In this document: piece by piece, positions 1 to 8,529 of the stretch
How the letters are laid out: each line of letters starts with the position of its first letter
Numbering within the stretch: the stretch's first letter is position 1
Virus record (IMG/VR): IMGVR_UViG_3300046804_004006
Coordinates: 1-64,000 of that record
Origin: a virus
DNA length: 64,000 nt
Strand: one strand, 5' to 3'
The notes under the pieces: model-generated
What the model saw: the letters and a program-made list of their open reading frames with translations, nothing else
What the model was told of the DNA's origin: nothing
Database searches by the model: none
Made by a program: the position numbers and the translations under genes

Positions 1-579
1 ACTGAAAGGTGTTATGAACTTCTTGCACTTCTAAATGGTAACGGCAAGTGTCATATTCCAGCATACGATGAGTATGTTAAGAAAAAAGAAAATCTTGTAT
101 GCGATAAAGATGATAAATCTCCTGAGTGCCAAAAATCTTGGAATGATTTTTGGGAAGAGAATTATTATCCAGAAGAAGTAAAGGATGCTTGTATGCCACC
201 TTGGGGACATAGTGATATTGAGTATAATCTTGCTAATCCAACACTAACTAAAGATCGCATCAGCAACTTTCCAGGAGAACAATACTCTGAAGAAGAACTG
301 AATGCTATGTGCGATAAGGCAGCATCAGATCAACTTCCACCTCAACAAGAATATCTTGGATGGAAAAATGTAAGTAGTAATGAGTTTGATAAAATGTTTC
401 CAAAAAAAGATAAAGTAGTAAAGTGGCAACTTCCCATTGAAGTTGACGGTGCAAGTGGTGAGTATTATATTCAGTTTCCTGATGATTTAATGGAAGCAGC
501 AAACATAAAAGAAAATGACATGGTGGAATGGGTAGATCGAGGTGATGGATCTTATCTACTTAAAAAGGTAAATGGTTAA
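1..579 (+). CDS. 5'-truncated protein with C-terminal AbrB/MazE (SpoVT)-like DNA-binding domain
   Basis: Frame is open from base 1; C-terminus EYYIQFPDDLMEAANIKENDMVEWVDRGDGSYLLKK fits the swapped-hairpin AbrB pattern. Confidence 0.65.
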   Translation, partial: TERCYELLALLNGNGKCHIPAYDEYVKKKENLVCDKDDKSPECQKSWNDFWEENYYPEEVKDACMPPWGHSDIEYNLANPTLTKDRISNFPGEQYSEEELNAMCDKAASDQLPPQQEYLGWKNVSSNEFDKMFPKKDKVVKWQLPIEVDGASGEYYIQFPDDLMEAANIKENDMVEWVDRGDGSYLLKKVNG

Positions 580-731
580 TCTCATAAATGCCTGTTTGAA
601 TGGATTGATATACAGTACTGGAAATGTATGTGTTGTTGACTATCCAAATCCATCTGTGGTAAAATACTATGAACCTGGTAAGTCCTGTTATGTCAACGGG
701 ACTTTTTATACTAAATGTGAGGATAGATTAA

Positions 732-962
732 ATGGCACTAAGTAAAGCTACATTAGACCATCTTCTAGAAGCAGAAAGTCATCTTCGTGCCGCGATTAGA
801 AATGCCGCTTCTTCGGAAAAACCATTAGTTGTAAAACAACTATCACAACTTCTTCTTGACATGGAACAATGTAAGAAGTTTGAAGAGATTATGGATATGC
901 TAGAAAACCGTAAACCGGGCAGTCGTGGTAATTTTGGATCATTCTTTGGTGATGATAATTAA
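732..962 (+). CDS. hypothetical phage protein
   Basis: 76-aa ORF with GAGG upstream, phage-like codon usage. Confidence 0.7.
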   Translation: MALSKATLDHLLEAESHLRAAIRNAASSEKPLVVKQLSQLLLDMEQCKKFEEIMDMLENRKPGSRGNFGSFFGDDN

Positions 963-1051
963 GAACTGTAAAGCAATCCCGAAGAAATTATTAAATGTCT
1001 AGATAATTCGTATTGATATGCTAACATATCTGAGTATTCGGGAGCAAAACT

Positions 1052-1216
1052 ATGACTTATTCGGCAAGAAAAACAAACACTCTTACTGATGCAGAGTTTG
1101 CTGAAATGATAGCACTTAAGAATGCAATTAATGATAATCCTGCATCTGTACACCCAGAGAAACAAGAAGAATTTACTGCATATTTGGTAAGAAGTTTAAG
1201 AGAAAGAGGTGGTTGA
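1052..1216 (+). CDS. small hypothetical protein (54 aa, MTYSARKTNTLTDAEFAEMIALKNAI...)
   Basis: Read manually, below the ORF-track cutoff; GGAG ribosome site upstream. Confidence 0.65.
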   Translation: MTYSARKTNTLTDAEFAEMIALKNAINDNPASVHPEKQEEFTAYLVRSLRERGG

Positions 1217-1222
1217 TAAATA
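1216..1222 (+). promoter_or_regulatory. T4-like late promoter (ATAAATA)
   Basis: Matches the gp55-type late consensus, 25 nt before ORF 1248. Confidence 0.6.
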
Positions 1223-1247
1223 CCAAAAGAGTGTTTAATGTATCCAA

Positions 1248-2123
1248 ATGCTAGATGAGGGAAGAAAGAGAGATGCTGCCGCAAATGCTGTTCTAGCATT
1301 ATCATTTGCCGCAAATGCAGCACAATCACCACAATCATTAATTAGTTCTGGAAAGGATTCTGCTCCAGGATTTGCAAATATGCAAAGATTGATGGACCCT
1401 CGTAAAAAAAGAAAGGATTTAGATTTACAAAGAGTTTCTCATTCAGCAAGAAATAGTAAATTAAAAACTTTTAAAGAATTTGTAGAAGAAGCATATTTGA
1501 TTGAAGAAAGACAACAACATTTTTCAAGTAAGGAAGAATTAATAAAACATTATGGGGGTTCTATGCCGTCACACTTATACCCCAAGAATAGAGGAAGTAA
1601 AGTAAATCCAAAATGGGGTATTGGTAGTAGAGAAGAAAGAGAAAAGACTCAAGCAAGAAGAAAAGAAAATATTAAAACATCCACAGGAAGTTTGACAAGA
1701 AAACAAAAATCTAAAGTAGAACGCAAACGCACTCTTGCAGCACAAAGAGGAAAAGAACTTCATCACGGAACTGAAGTTTCTACTTCAGCAAAACAGATGA
1801 GAAATATGTCTCCTGGAGAAAGATTGAGATTTAAAAGTAAAGAAGCAAAAAAGAATAGGTATCACGGAAATGACCCAAAAAATTTAGTTCTTGCTAATAA
1901 GGGGTCTGTTGATACTTTTAAACCAGAACAACCTGGATTTCATCACGGCAAGTATCATGCATTTGAAAGAAAAAATAGAGCAAAATTAAAAGACACGGAA
2001 CATATTCTCTCACCATCTCGTGCTTTTACAACATTAGTAAATAAAGAGAGAAGAAAAATTAGAAAATCCAAAGAGTTGCAAGCAAGAATGTCTGCTGCCG
2101 CAGATAGGCAAGGGATTAAATAA
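1248..2123 (+). CDS. basic protein with HNH-like nuclease motif and internal capsid-targeting-like motif
   Basis: ELHHG...HGNDPKNLVL...HHGKYH pattern; KTFKEFVEEA at 1464-1493. Confidence 0.55.
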   Translation: MLDEGRKRDAAANAVLALSFAANAAQSPQSLISSGKDSAPGFANMQRLMDPRKKRKDLDLQRVSHSARNSKLKTFKEFVEEAYLIEERQQHFSSKEELIKHYGGSMPSHLYPKNRGSKVNPKWGIGSREEREKTQARRKENIKTSTGSLTRKQKSKVERKRTLAAQRGKELHHGTEVSTSAKQMRNMSPGERLRFKSKEAKKNRYHGNDPKNLVLANKGSVDTFKPEQPGFHHGKYHAFERKNRAKLKDTEHILSPSRAFTTLVNKERRKIRKSKELQARMSAAADRQGIK

Positions 2124-2144
2124 ATAAAAGAAAACCATAAGTAT

Positions 2145-2600
2145 ATGAAGACCTTCAAAGAGTTTCTAGAAGAAGCAACCCTTTTTGAAATGCGTAAAGA
2201 GGATAAAGTTGCTGGAAAGAAAAAGACTCCACTTCACACAATCATTAAGTCTGCAAGAGTTGAAAGACAACCAGAAGGCAGTGGCACTAAGTGGAAGGTT
2301 CAAAAGTCTGAAAGAAAGACAGTTTCCCAGGGTGCTTCAATGGGAAGATATAAGCAGGGGATGCTTGATAAAGAAACCAATCCTTTTGGTTCAAGACATG
2401 AAGTTGCTGGAACATATAAGAGACATCCACATGGTGGTGGTGGATATGGAGCAGCAGCACCTGGTGTTAAGAGAGGGGTGAAGAGAACTGCTACTATTCA
2501 ACAAAGAAGAGAAAGACCTTTTAATGCAGGACCAACACCAGCAGAGAAAGTCGCATTAAAGAAAGCAAGAAGAGCACGTTCAACGGGTGGTGGTTATTGA
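2145..2600 (+). CDS. putative head internal protein (basic)
   Basis: N-terminus MKTFKEFLEEA resembles the T4 IP capsid-targeting sequence; ATAAATA at 2120-2126. Confidence 0.6.
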   Translation: MKTFKEFLEEATLFEMRKEDKVAGKKKTPLHTIIKSARVERQPEGSGTKWKVQKSERKTVSQGASMGRYKQGMLDKETNPFGSRHEVAGTYKRHPHGGGGYGAAAPGVKRGVKRTATIQQRRERPFNAGPTPAEKVALKKARRARSTGGGY

Positions 2601-3448
2601 TGAAAACCTATCAAGAGTTTATTTCAGAAGCAAAGAAGTGTTGGCCTGGATATAAGAAGAAAGGCACACAGAAACTCTTTGGAAAGACTTATAATCGTTG
2701 TGTGAAAGAAGAGATTGAAGAACTTGAAGAAAGTTCAACTGGTGAAAGAAGTGGTAGAAGAACCAGAGGCAAGGTGACCCTTGCTCGTGGTCGTGGTGCT
2801 GATATGAGTAAGAGTGAAAGAACCACTGCTGCTGTTGCAAAGAAAGCAGGACTCAAGGGAACTGGTAAGTATTCCACCAAAGATTTGAGGTCTAAAGCAA
2901 AAGACTATACAACTTATGATAGTGAGGATACAGAAGATGATATTGGTAGCACCGAGCAGGATCATTATATCCGCACCCATTCGTCAGCAAGAAAAGCAGC
3001 AAAAGGTGAACAACTAATCAAGAAATACAAACCAGCAGGAAGAACTGCAACTGGAATGACTAAACTCAAAACTGCACCTTCAAGTGAAAGTGTAAGAAGA
3101 GTGAAAGACTTGAAAAAGCAAATGACAAAGACAGGTGCAAAGAAAACTGGAAGAGTCCATACTGTAGATATTATGCACCGAGATAGTGATGTTGGTAAAG
3201 GTGATAAACATCAACAAATGGAAAGAGGAAGGAACTTCATTGCTGCCGTGAAGGATACTCCTAAACAATTAAAAAAGGCAGGAGCAAAGAGTGGTGAAGC
3301 AGTAGTGGGAAAACCAACTGCTGTAATGTCTGGTGAAGATAAGAAGACTGGTGAAGCAAAGAGAGCAAAACTTTATAAGAAAGCATTTGGTAAAAGAAGT
3401 AGTGAAAAGTCTCCAAAAACTGGATTGATGGTTGGTAAAGCAGACTGA
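2600..3448 (+). CDS. putative head internal protein (Lys-rich)
   Basis: N-terminus MKTYQEFISEA (T4 IPII/IPIII CTS is MKTYQEFIAE); CWPGY...CVK module. Confidence 0.65.
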   Translation: MKTYQEFISEAKKCWPGYKKKGTQKLFGKTYNRCVKEEIEELEESSTGERSGRRTRGKVTLARGRGADMSKSERTTAAVAKKAGLKGTGKYSTKDLRSKAKDYTTYDSEDTEDDIGSTEQDHYIRTHSSARKAAKGEQLIKKYKPAGRTATGMTKLKTAPSSESVRRVKDLKKQMTKTGAKKTGRVHTVDIMHRDSDVGKGDKHQQMERGRNFIAAVKDTPKQLKKAGAKSGEAVVGKPTAVMSGEDKKTGEAKRAKLYKKAFGKRSSEKSPKTGLMVGKAD

Positions 3449-3504
3449 GACAATTCTTGAACTGTCCCAAGACCCCCGCAAGGGGTCCTTTTTTGTGCTA
3501 TACT
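3446..3504 (+). promoter_or_regulatory. inverted-repeat early promoter element 1 (degenerate)
   Basis: TGAGACAA-N8-CTGTCCCA (3446-3469), 29 nt, then TGC-TATACT. Confidence 0.6.
3471..3494 (+). terminator. rho-independent terminator embedded in promoter element
   Basis: GACCCC-CGCAA-GGGGTC then C and T6. Confidence 0.75.
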
Positions 3505-3524
3505 ACTTGAAACACAAAACTCCT

Positions 3525-3929
3525 ATGGAACTTACAGTTGTAGCAATCAAACGTGAAGATGGTTTGTATCATTTTGATCATCCTCATAATGATACAATTG
3601 AAGAACTCTTGATGAATGGAACTGAAGAAGCAATTGATGAGCATTGCTATTTCAAAACTGGAAAGTATCCGATTGAGGGTGATGAAGTTGAGATTTCTCT
3701 TTTTCTGGAAGAACCTAATGATTATGATACTCTTCTGGTAAAAGAAGTATCTGATGAAGAAGGAACAACTTATACTGATACTACTATGTGTGTTCCTGTT
3801 TGGCTTTGTAACTGGCTTCAAGGATATTTTCAATATATTCCAGAGGAAATCTATATTAAAGTTAGACCAATCAATAAAGGATTGGAGTCTTTTGTTGCTG
3901 CAACTGGTATGCAAGGGTTTATTAAATAA
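3525..3929 (+). CDS. DUF6717-like hypothetical protein
   Basis: ...VWLCNWLQGYFQYIPEEIYIKV C-terminal pattern; ATG downstream of promoter. Confidence 0.55.
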   Translation: MELTVVAIKREDGLYHFDHPHNDTIEELLMNGTEEAIDEHCYFKTGKYPIEGDEVEISLFLEEPNDYDTLLVKEVSDEEGTTYTDTTMCVPVWLCNWLQGYFQYIPEEIYIKVRPINKGLESFVAATGMQGFIK

Positions 3930-3937
3930 AAACTCTA

Positions 3938-3996
3938 TGTGCCACCTCCCAAACTGTCCACCAGACCCTTCACGGGGTCTTTTTTTGTGCTATGAT
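3938..3996 (+). promoter_or_regulatory. inverted-repeat early promoter element 2
   Basis: TGTGCCAC-N8-CTGTCCAC (3938-3961), 29 nt, then TGC-TATGAT. Confidence 0.7.
3963..3986 (+). terminator. rho-independent terminator
   Basis: AGACCC-TTCACG-GGGTCT then T-run. Confidence 0.7.
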
Positions 3997-4021
3997 GACG
4001 GAGTAATCAAAAAGAGTTGTG

Positions 4022-4255
4022 ATGACTAAACTTCTTGAGTTTGCTGATTCCAGTGCAATCTCCAAGATTTCTTTGAACAATGCGAATAATGAGGTTGGAA
4101 TTTCTTTCACATCTAAACCAGACAACTTTTATCTTTTTGAGTGTGGTGATGTAAGTGAGTTTGAGATTAAAGTGAATGAAGTGGTGAGTACAAAAGAAAG
4201 TCTTGGAAAGTTTATTGCATCTTCCCGCAAAGATGGAACTTTGGTTGCAGTTTGA
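4022..4255 (+). CDS. KTSC-domain protein
   Basis: DSSAISKISL...VGISF...FYLF...SLGKFI pattern typical of KTSC. Confidence 0.65.
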   Translation: MTKLLEFADSSAISKISLNNANNEVGISFTSKPDNFYLFECGDVSEFEIKVNEVVSTKESLGKFIASSRKDGTLVAV

Positions 4256-4431
4256 TGGAGGGTTTTATTATAGGTAAAGGTGAATATGCTGCTGTGCCTT
4301 ATGGAAAACAGTTGATGATAATTCACAATGGTCAGCAACTTAAAGTTTGTCGAACTGAAAACTCAGCAAGAAAGTTTATTGCTGATCATAAAAAGGGAAA
4401 GAGTTTAGCAGAACTCCCCTTGGACAGTTGA
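4255..4431 (+). CDS. small hypothetical protein (58 aa)
   Basis: Read manually: MEGFIIGKGEYAAVPYGKQLMIIHNG..., TGATG-coupled to the upstream gene. Confidence 0.65.
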   Translation: MEGFIIGKGEYAAVPYGKQLMIIHNGQQLKVCRTENSARKFIADHKKGKSLAELPLDS

Positions 4432-4478
4432 GGAACTGGCACACAGGTCTCCCAAACCGAGACCTGATGCCCTATACT
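4420..4478 (+). promoter_or_regulatory. inverted-repeat early promoter element 3
   Basis: TTGGACAG-N8-CTGGCACA (4420-4443), hairpin CAGGTCTC/GAGACCTG, TATACT 29 nt downstream. Confidence 0.7.
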
Positions 4479-4501
4479 ACTTAAGTAATCAAACAAATTA
4501 A

Positions 4502-4915
4502 ATGTCAACCCGCTCTCGCCTGGGTCTTGAACTTGCTGATGGTTCTATTCTCTCTGTCTATCACCACTGGGATGGTTATCCTGAATGGTTGGGTCGCATC
4601 CTGAAGACTCACTATAACACCAAAGAGAAAGTAGAAGAACTGATTGATGGTGGTGATATGAGTTCTTGCTGGACAAATATGCGATGGACTAAAGAAGGTG
4701 CTGAAGAAGTTGAAGAGTATGGTGCGGAGTATTACTCTGGTCGTGGTGAAGATTGCCCTCCTCGACTTGATGCTAGTCTTCAAGAATATCTGTGTGATGG
4801 TGAAGAGTATGCTTACATTTTCAATCGTATGAATGAGTGGATTTGTTACAGCATTTCTCTTTCTTCCAAAACTGCTAAACTTGTTGAAATTCCTTCTGGA
4901 GCACTCCACGTTTAA
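4502..4915 (+). CDS. conserved phage hypothetical protein (YHHWDGYP motif)
   Basis: MSTRS...SVYHHWDGYPEWLG...EEYAYIF, a widespread phage family pattern. Confidence 0.75.
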   Translation: MSTRSRLGLELADGSILSVYHHWDGYPEWLGRILKTHYNTKEKVEELIDGGDMSSCWTNMRWTKEGAEEVEEYGAEYYSGRGEDCPPRLDASLQEYLCDGEEYAYIFNRMNEWICYSISLSSKTAKLVEIPSGALHV

Positions 4916-5224
4916 GTTATGAAAACTTCTACTGCTCTTGGTGTTGTATTAGGTGTTCTTACTATGATCGGTTGGAACATCTTTCTAGTCCAACGTGATG
5001 AGAGGATGTTTGATGCTTATTATCGCTCAAAAGCAATCGAGAACCTTAAGCATCCACCCAGTAATCAAATAAAATGAGTATCACTGTTGCCATAGTAACT
5101 TACTCAACACTTGTAGCATTAGTATCATCTATTATGACATATTATTATAAGGTAAAGTATCCTCAGGAGGAATCAAAACTTAGGGAGAGGTCTAAGACAT
5201 AAATAACTAAAAAGTATTTGTAAA

Positions 5225-5764
5225 ATGGACACACAAGACTTTCGCAATCTTCAAGAAGCATATCAAGAGATGTATTCTGTTGATGAAGGACTAGGTTCTG
5301 CTATTAAAAGAGTATTTGGCAGAAAAAGTAAAGAAGCAGAGGCACCTAAACCAATGAGTAGAGGTGAAGTTCTACGTCAAAGATATAATGTTGGACCAGA
5401 AAAGTCCGACACTTCTGCAAAGAGACAAATTCTCAATCGTAGTCGTGCAAGAGCAGAAAGAGACGAAGATAAGTATGGCGGTTCCATATACACTAAAAAA
5501 GTTGCAGATAAATCAAGAGAAGCACACAACCGTTATTTGAGGGCCGGTTATAGTAAGTATGGTGCTACACATACTGCAGGGAGTGCTCCCGAACAAGGTA
5601 AAGGAAATAAAGCAAGAAAAAGAGCAGCAGCACTTAAAAAAGAAGAATTTGATTTTATTCTTTATCATCTTGTAAATGAAGGATATACAAATAACCTTGA
5701 GGGTGCTAAAGTCATTGTATCAAATATGAGTGAAGAGTGGATTGTAAGTATTCTTGAAGGTTGA
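5225..5764 (+). CDS. late basic protein, putative virion internal protein
   Basis: ATAAATA at 5199-5205; N-terminus ...LQEAY, basic core, C-terminus LVNEGY...MSEEW..ILE. Confidence 0.6.
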   Translation: MDTQDFRNLQEAYQEMYSVDEGLGSAIKRVFGRKSKEAEAPKPMSRGEVLRQRYNVGPEKSDTSAKRQILNRSRARAERDEDKYGGSIYTKKVADKSREAHNRYLRAGYSKYGATHTAGSAPEQGKGNKARKRAAALKKEEFDFILYHLVNEGYTNNLEGAKVIVSNMSEEWIVSILEG

Positions 5765-5822
5765 GGGCACTTTCCAAACTGGCACACAGACTCCTCACGG
5801 GGTCTTTTTTTTATGCTATATT
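5763..5822 (+). promoter_or_regulatory. inverted-repeat early promoter element 4
   Basis: GAGGGCAC-N8-CTGGCACA (5763-5786), 30 nt, then TGC-TATATT. Confidence 0.65.
5788..5812 (+). terminator. rho-independent terminator
   Basis: AGACTCC-TCAC-GGGGTCT then T-run; near copy of 3963-3986. Confidence 0.7.
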
Positions 5823-5845
5823 AACGAAGTAAAGTCAATAACCAA

Positions 5846-5989
5846 ATGAAGTACATCGTTGACCTGTATGTTGGTGGTAAAGTCTTCAAGGAAGAAGTTC
5901 AAGCAAACAATCCTAAAGATGCCCGTGAGACTGCTCTGGCAAGGAATCCAACTGCAAAAGTAGTTGGTGTTAATGCATCATTCAAATGA
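5846..5989 (+). CDS. small hypothetical protein (47 aa)
   Basis: Read manually: MKYIVDLYVGGKVFKEEVQANNPKDARETALARNP... Confidence 0.7.
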   Translation: MKYIVDLYVGGKVFKEEVQANNPKDARETALARNPTAKVVGVNASFK

Positions 5990-6076
5990 CGATACTCACG
6001 TTTCTAGGAACTTGGTTTTTGATTTCATTGATAGTTGGTCCTATTGTAGGGACCATAATTAAGAAAACCAATCCAC

Positions 6077-6105
6077 TTGACGAAGACACAACTAACGATT
6101 AAACT
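6077..6105 (+). promoter_or_regulatory. sigma70-like promoter
   Basis: TTGACG-N17-TAAACT followed by AGGAG. Confidence 0.6.
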
Positions 6106-6128
6106 AAAGGAGTAATTTACACAAACAA

Positions 6129-6368
6129 ATGGCACAAAAGTTTCTCTATATCGTCAATCACTACGTTCCTTACCCCGACTCAAATGGAGGACTCTGGAAT
6201 GTAGTTGCAGAAGACGATAATGAATGTTTTGATTTGATTGTTGCAGAGGATGCAAATAACTTCTATGAAAGTTATTACAATCAACTCAAAGAAAACGTTC
6301 TAAATGGAATCGTGTATGAACTTGCAGGTGAAGTAGAATCTTGTATTGTTGAATCTTTCCTAGACTGA
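6129..6368 (+). CDS. hypothetical phage protein
   Basis: 79-aa ORF downstream of promoter. Confidence 0.7.
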   Translation: MAQKFLYIVNHYVPYPDSNGGLWNVVAEDDNECFDLIVAEDANNFYESYYNQLKENVLNGIVYELAGEVESCIVESFLD

Positions 6369-6529
6369 TGAGTAATCCTGAAATGAATCGTCTTGCTTTT
6401 GACTTGAAGCAACAGTATCAAGAACGAATCACACAACTTCAAAATAAGATTACAGACCAACAAAAAGAAATTCTACAACTTCAGGAACAGATTAAATACC
6501 TAACGTATCCAAAGGAGTACGATTGTTAA
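6368..6529 (+). CDS. small coiled-coil protein (53 aa)
   Basis: Read manually: MSNPEMNRLAFDLKQQYQERITQLQNKI..., TGATG-coupled. Confidence 0.6.
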   Translation: MSNPEMNRLAFDLKQQYQERITQLQNKITDQQKEILQLQEQIKYLTYPKEYDC

Positions 6530-6709
6530 AGTTATGGTATTTGCAGAGGGAACAGCAGTCATTTACAAAGGAATGTATGGTGTGGTTGATTTTGTATGCG
6601 ATGAACACATTGTAATACAACTTCCAGCACAAGCAAATAGAAATTCTCCAAGACTGTTGGTTTTTAGAGAGTATTATAAACAAATTACAATTCCCAAAGC
6701 ATCAACCAA

Positions 6710-6970
6710 ATGAAGAAACCAAAGAACTTATGGTATATTTGGAGCAAATCTCTTGGTGAGAAAGCATCATCTTGTAATAAGACATCAGATAAAGTTGCAG
6801 TAGTAAGAACCTTTATGTTCTTTACTTATTTGATTACTAATATCTTCATATGCGCTGGTGTAATCAAGCACTGGAATGATGAAACAAAAGTATATGTAGA
6901 GGTTATATCTGATAATCCTACTCTACCAATGATACAGACAAAGAACAACCGAACAGGAGAGTTTGAATAA
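6710..6970 (+). CDS. small membrane protein
   Basis: WSKSLGEKA...hydrophobic segment FMFFTYLITNIFICAGVI. Confidence 0.65.
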   Translation: MKKPKNLWYIWSKSLGEKASSCNKTSDKVAVVRTFMFFTYLITNIFICAGVIKHWNDETKVYVEVISDNPTLPMIQTKNNRTGEFE

Positions 6971-6996
6971 CTAAATATCTAAAAAGTCAAGGTGCA

Positions 6997-7362
6997 ATGA
7001 AAACGTTTCAACAATTCAGCGAAGATGTTGACAGACTTACTCAAAGAAGACAACAACTTCGACAAAGACAGTTGAAACAAATGGCGGCACATAAAGAAAA
7101 GGTTGCTGCTTATCAAGAATCTCAAAGAAGAAAAAGGCAAAAAGAAGCAGAAAGAGAGAATTTAAAGAAAGAAATTAAAAGAGAGTTGCAAACAGAACAA
7201 ACTCCTGTTATGCAACCAAATCTTTATAATCAATTGATTGCAAGGAGACAAGCAACTCAAAAGGGACAGCAAATAAGACACGTTCACGGAGAACTTGGTG
7301 CTGAAGCAAGAGCACAACAAGCAGCAAAAAGACAAAGACTCAATAGACTTATGAGTAAGTAG
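6997..7362 (+). CDS. putative head internal protein (basic, coiled-coil)
   Basis: MKTFQQFSED CTS-like start; CTAAATA late promoter at 6971-6977. Confidence 0.6.
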   Translation: MKTFQQFSEDVDRLTQRRQQLRQRQLKQMAAHKEKVAAYQESQRRKRQKEAERENLKKEIKRELQTEQTPVMQPNLYNQLIARRQATQKGQQIRHVHGELGAEARAQQAAKRQRLNRLMSK

Positions 7363-7420
7363 GGACACTTCAGGAACTGGCACAAGACCACTTGTGTTGA
7401 CCGACCTGATGGGATATAGT
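7361..7420 (+). promoter_or_regulatory. inverted-repeat early promoter element 5
   Basis: AGGGACAC-N8-CTGGCACA (7361-7384), 30 nt, then TATAGT. Confidence 0.6.
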
Positions 7421-7445
7421 ACCTTTGTTGATGAGACGACCCCTG

Positions 7446-7712
7446 ATGTCCCGTTTCCTGACTATTCTTTTTGGTGAGAGTGAGCACGGTTTCTGGAATG
7501 AACCAACCTATCATTCTACTCAACGTGCCGCAACTAAATGGGGTATGAGTATGTGGAATGTTGGTGAAGTCCTTGGTTATGTGGTTGTGAAGATTGATCA
7601 CGAGACCTGGGAAGTTGTTGATGAAGAATCCCGAATCCCTGACTATAGTGTTTCTTGGGATGGATTTGGATTTGTGAAGGTCAAACGTGCTCCTCAACTG
7701 GTGATGGTATGA
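7446..7712 (+). CDS. hypothetical protein
   Basis: ORF between two promoter elements; ATG chosen downstream of -10. Confidence 0.65.
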   Translation: MSRFLTILFGESEHGFWNEPTYHSTQRAATKWGMSMWNVGEVLGYVVVKIDHETWEVVDEESRIPDYSVSWDGFGFVKVKRAPQLVMV

Positions 7713-7766
7713 CGGTTTGAGAACTGGCACAAGGGCACTTGAGATTGCTTGAGTGCCTGCTATACT
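7708..7766 (+). promoter_or_regulatory. inverted-repeat early promoter element 6 (left arm degenerate)
   Basis: ...GAGAA-CTGGCACA ending 7731, 29 nt, then TGC-TATACT. Confidence 0.6.
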
Positions 7767-7787
7767 GTAAAAACACTCAAAAACAAA

Positions 7788-8003
7788 ATGAAGAATCCAG
7801 TTTATCTTGATTTCGGTATTTATGAAATTGAGTATGAACCTAAAAACTATCTTAGTGTTCTCGACCGTTTTAATCTGGCAAAATGTGCTCGTCAACGAAT
7901 GACTGAATATGTTGTAGATGTGATTCGATGGAAGGGTGAGCGACGTTCTTTTTATTCTGCACTACAGTCAATGAATGTTGATGAGGTTTGCTATAATGAC
8001 TGA
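7788..8003 (+). CDS. hypothetical protein
   Basis: Single-gene cassette between elements 6 and 7. Confidence 0.6.
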   Translation: MKNPVYLDFGIYEIEYEPKNYLSVLDRFNLAKCARQRMTEYVVDVIRWKGERRSFYSALQSMNVDEVCYND

Positions 8004-8006
8004 TTG

Positions 8007-8066
8007 AAGGTCAGTCGCCAAACTGGCACAAGGGCACTTGCGGACCGCCTGGTGCTCTGCTATACT
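8007..8066 (+). promoter_or_regulatory. inverted-repeat early promoter element 7 (left arm degenerate)
   Basis: ...CAAA-CTGGCACA ending 8030; TTGCGG-N17-TATACT. Confidence 0.65.
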
Positions 8067-8087
8067 ACATTTGTTCTTGAGATTTCT

Positions 8088-8267
8088 ATGACTCCCGACA
8101 CTTACACGTTCAGCGGCGATGCTGTCACATTCCTTGGTTTTGTTGGTGTTGCTTCGACGCTTCTTATTGTTGTCACTTCTTTCCGTCGCTTCTTCAATTC
8201 TCCTTACAATGTTCGCGTGAATACTAAACTGAATCAAGAAACTACCACGGAAACTGAAAATGCCTGA
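8088..8267 (+). CDS. small single-pass membrane protein
   Basis: Hydrophobic AVTFLGFVGVASTLLIVV followed by RRFF. Confidence 0.65.
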   Translation: MTPDTYTFSGDAVTFLGFVGVASTLLIVVTSFRRFFNSPYNVRVNTKLNQETTTETENA

Positions 8268-8454
8268 AACTGATACTGTTAATGTTCTTCCGCATCTTCA
8301 AGAACTTCGTGATACTTGGAGACGACAAGATTTTGCATTTACCAAATCACAAAAGGAAGAATATGAAATGCTTCTTCAAGCACGACGTGAGCGTGTAAAG
8401 TATTTCTATGCCGAAGGTCTTGTAAGTAAGGGTCGCGCAAAAGCAGAAGACTAA
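8260..8454 (+). CDS. hypothetical protein
   Basis: 64-aa ORF overlapping the upstream stop. Confidence 0.7.
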   Translation: MPETDTVNVLPHLQELRDTWRRQDFAFTKSQKEEYEMLLQARRERVKYFYAEGLVSKGRAKAED

Positions 8455-8470
8455 ATAAGACTCAAGAGAC

Positions 8471-8529
8471 TGTGCCACCTGAATGAGTGGCACACAGCAC
8501 TTCCCAAACCACGGATCAGGTGCTATGAT
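8471..8529 (+). promoter_or_regulatory. inverted-repeat early promoter element 8
   Basis: Perfect TGTGCCAC-CTGAATGA-GTGGCACA (8471-8494), 29 nt, then TGC-TATGAT. Confidence 0.8.

Noticed and set aside
7284-7895. 203-aa minus-strand ORF and similar antisense ORFs (e.g. 16745-17380, 41678-42100)
   Set aside because: They span + strand genes and promoters and are codon-bias shadows
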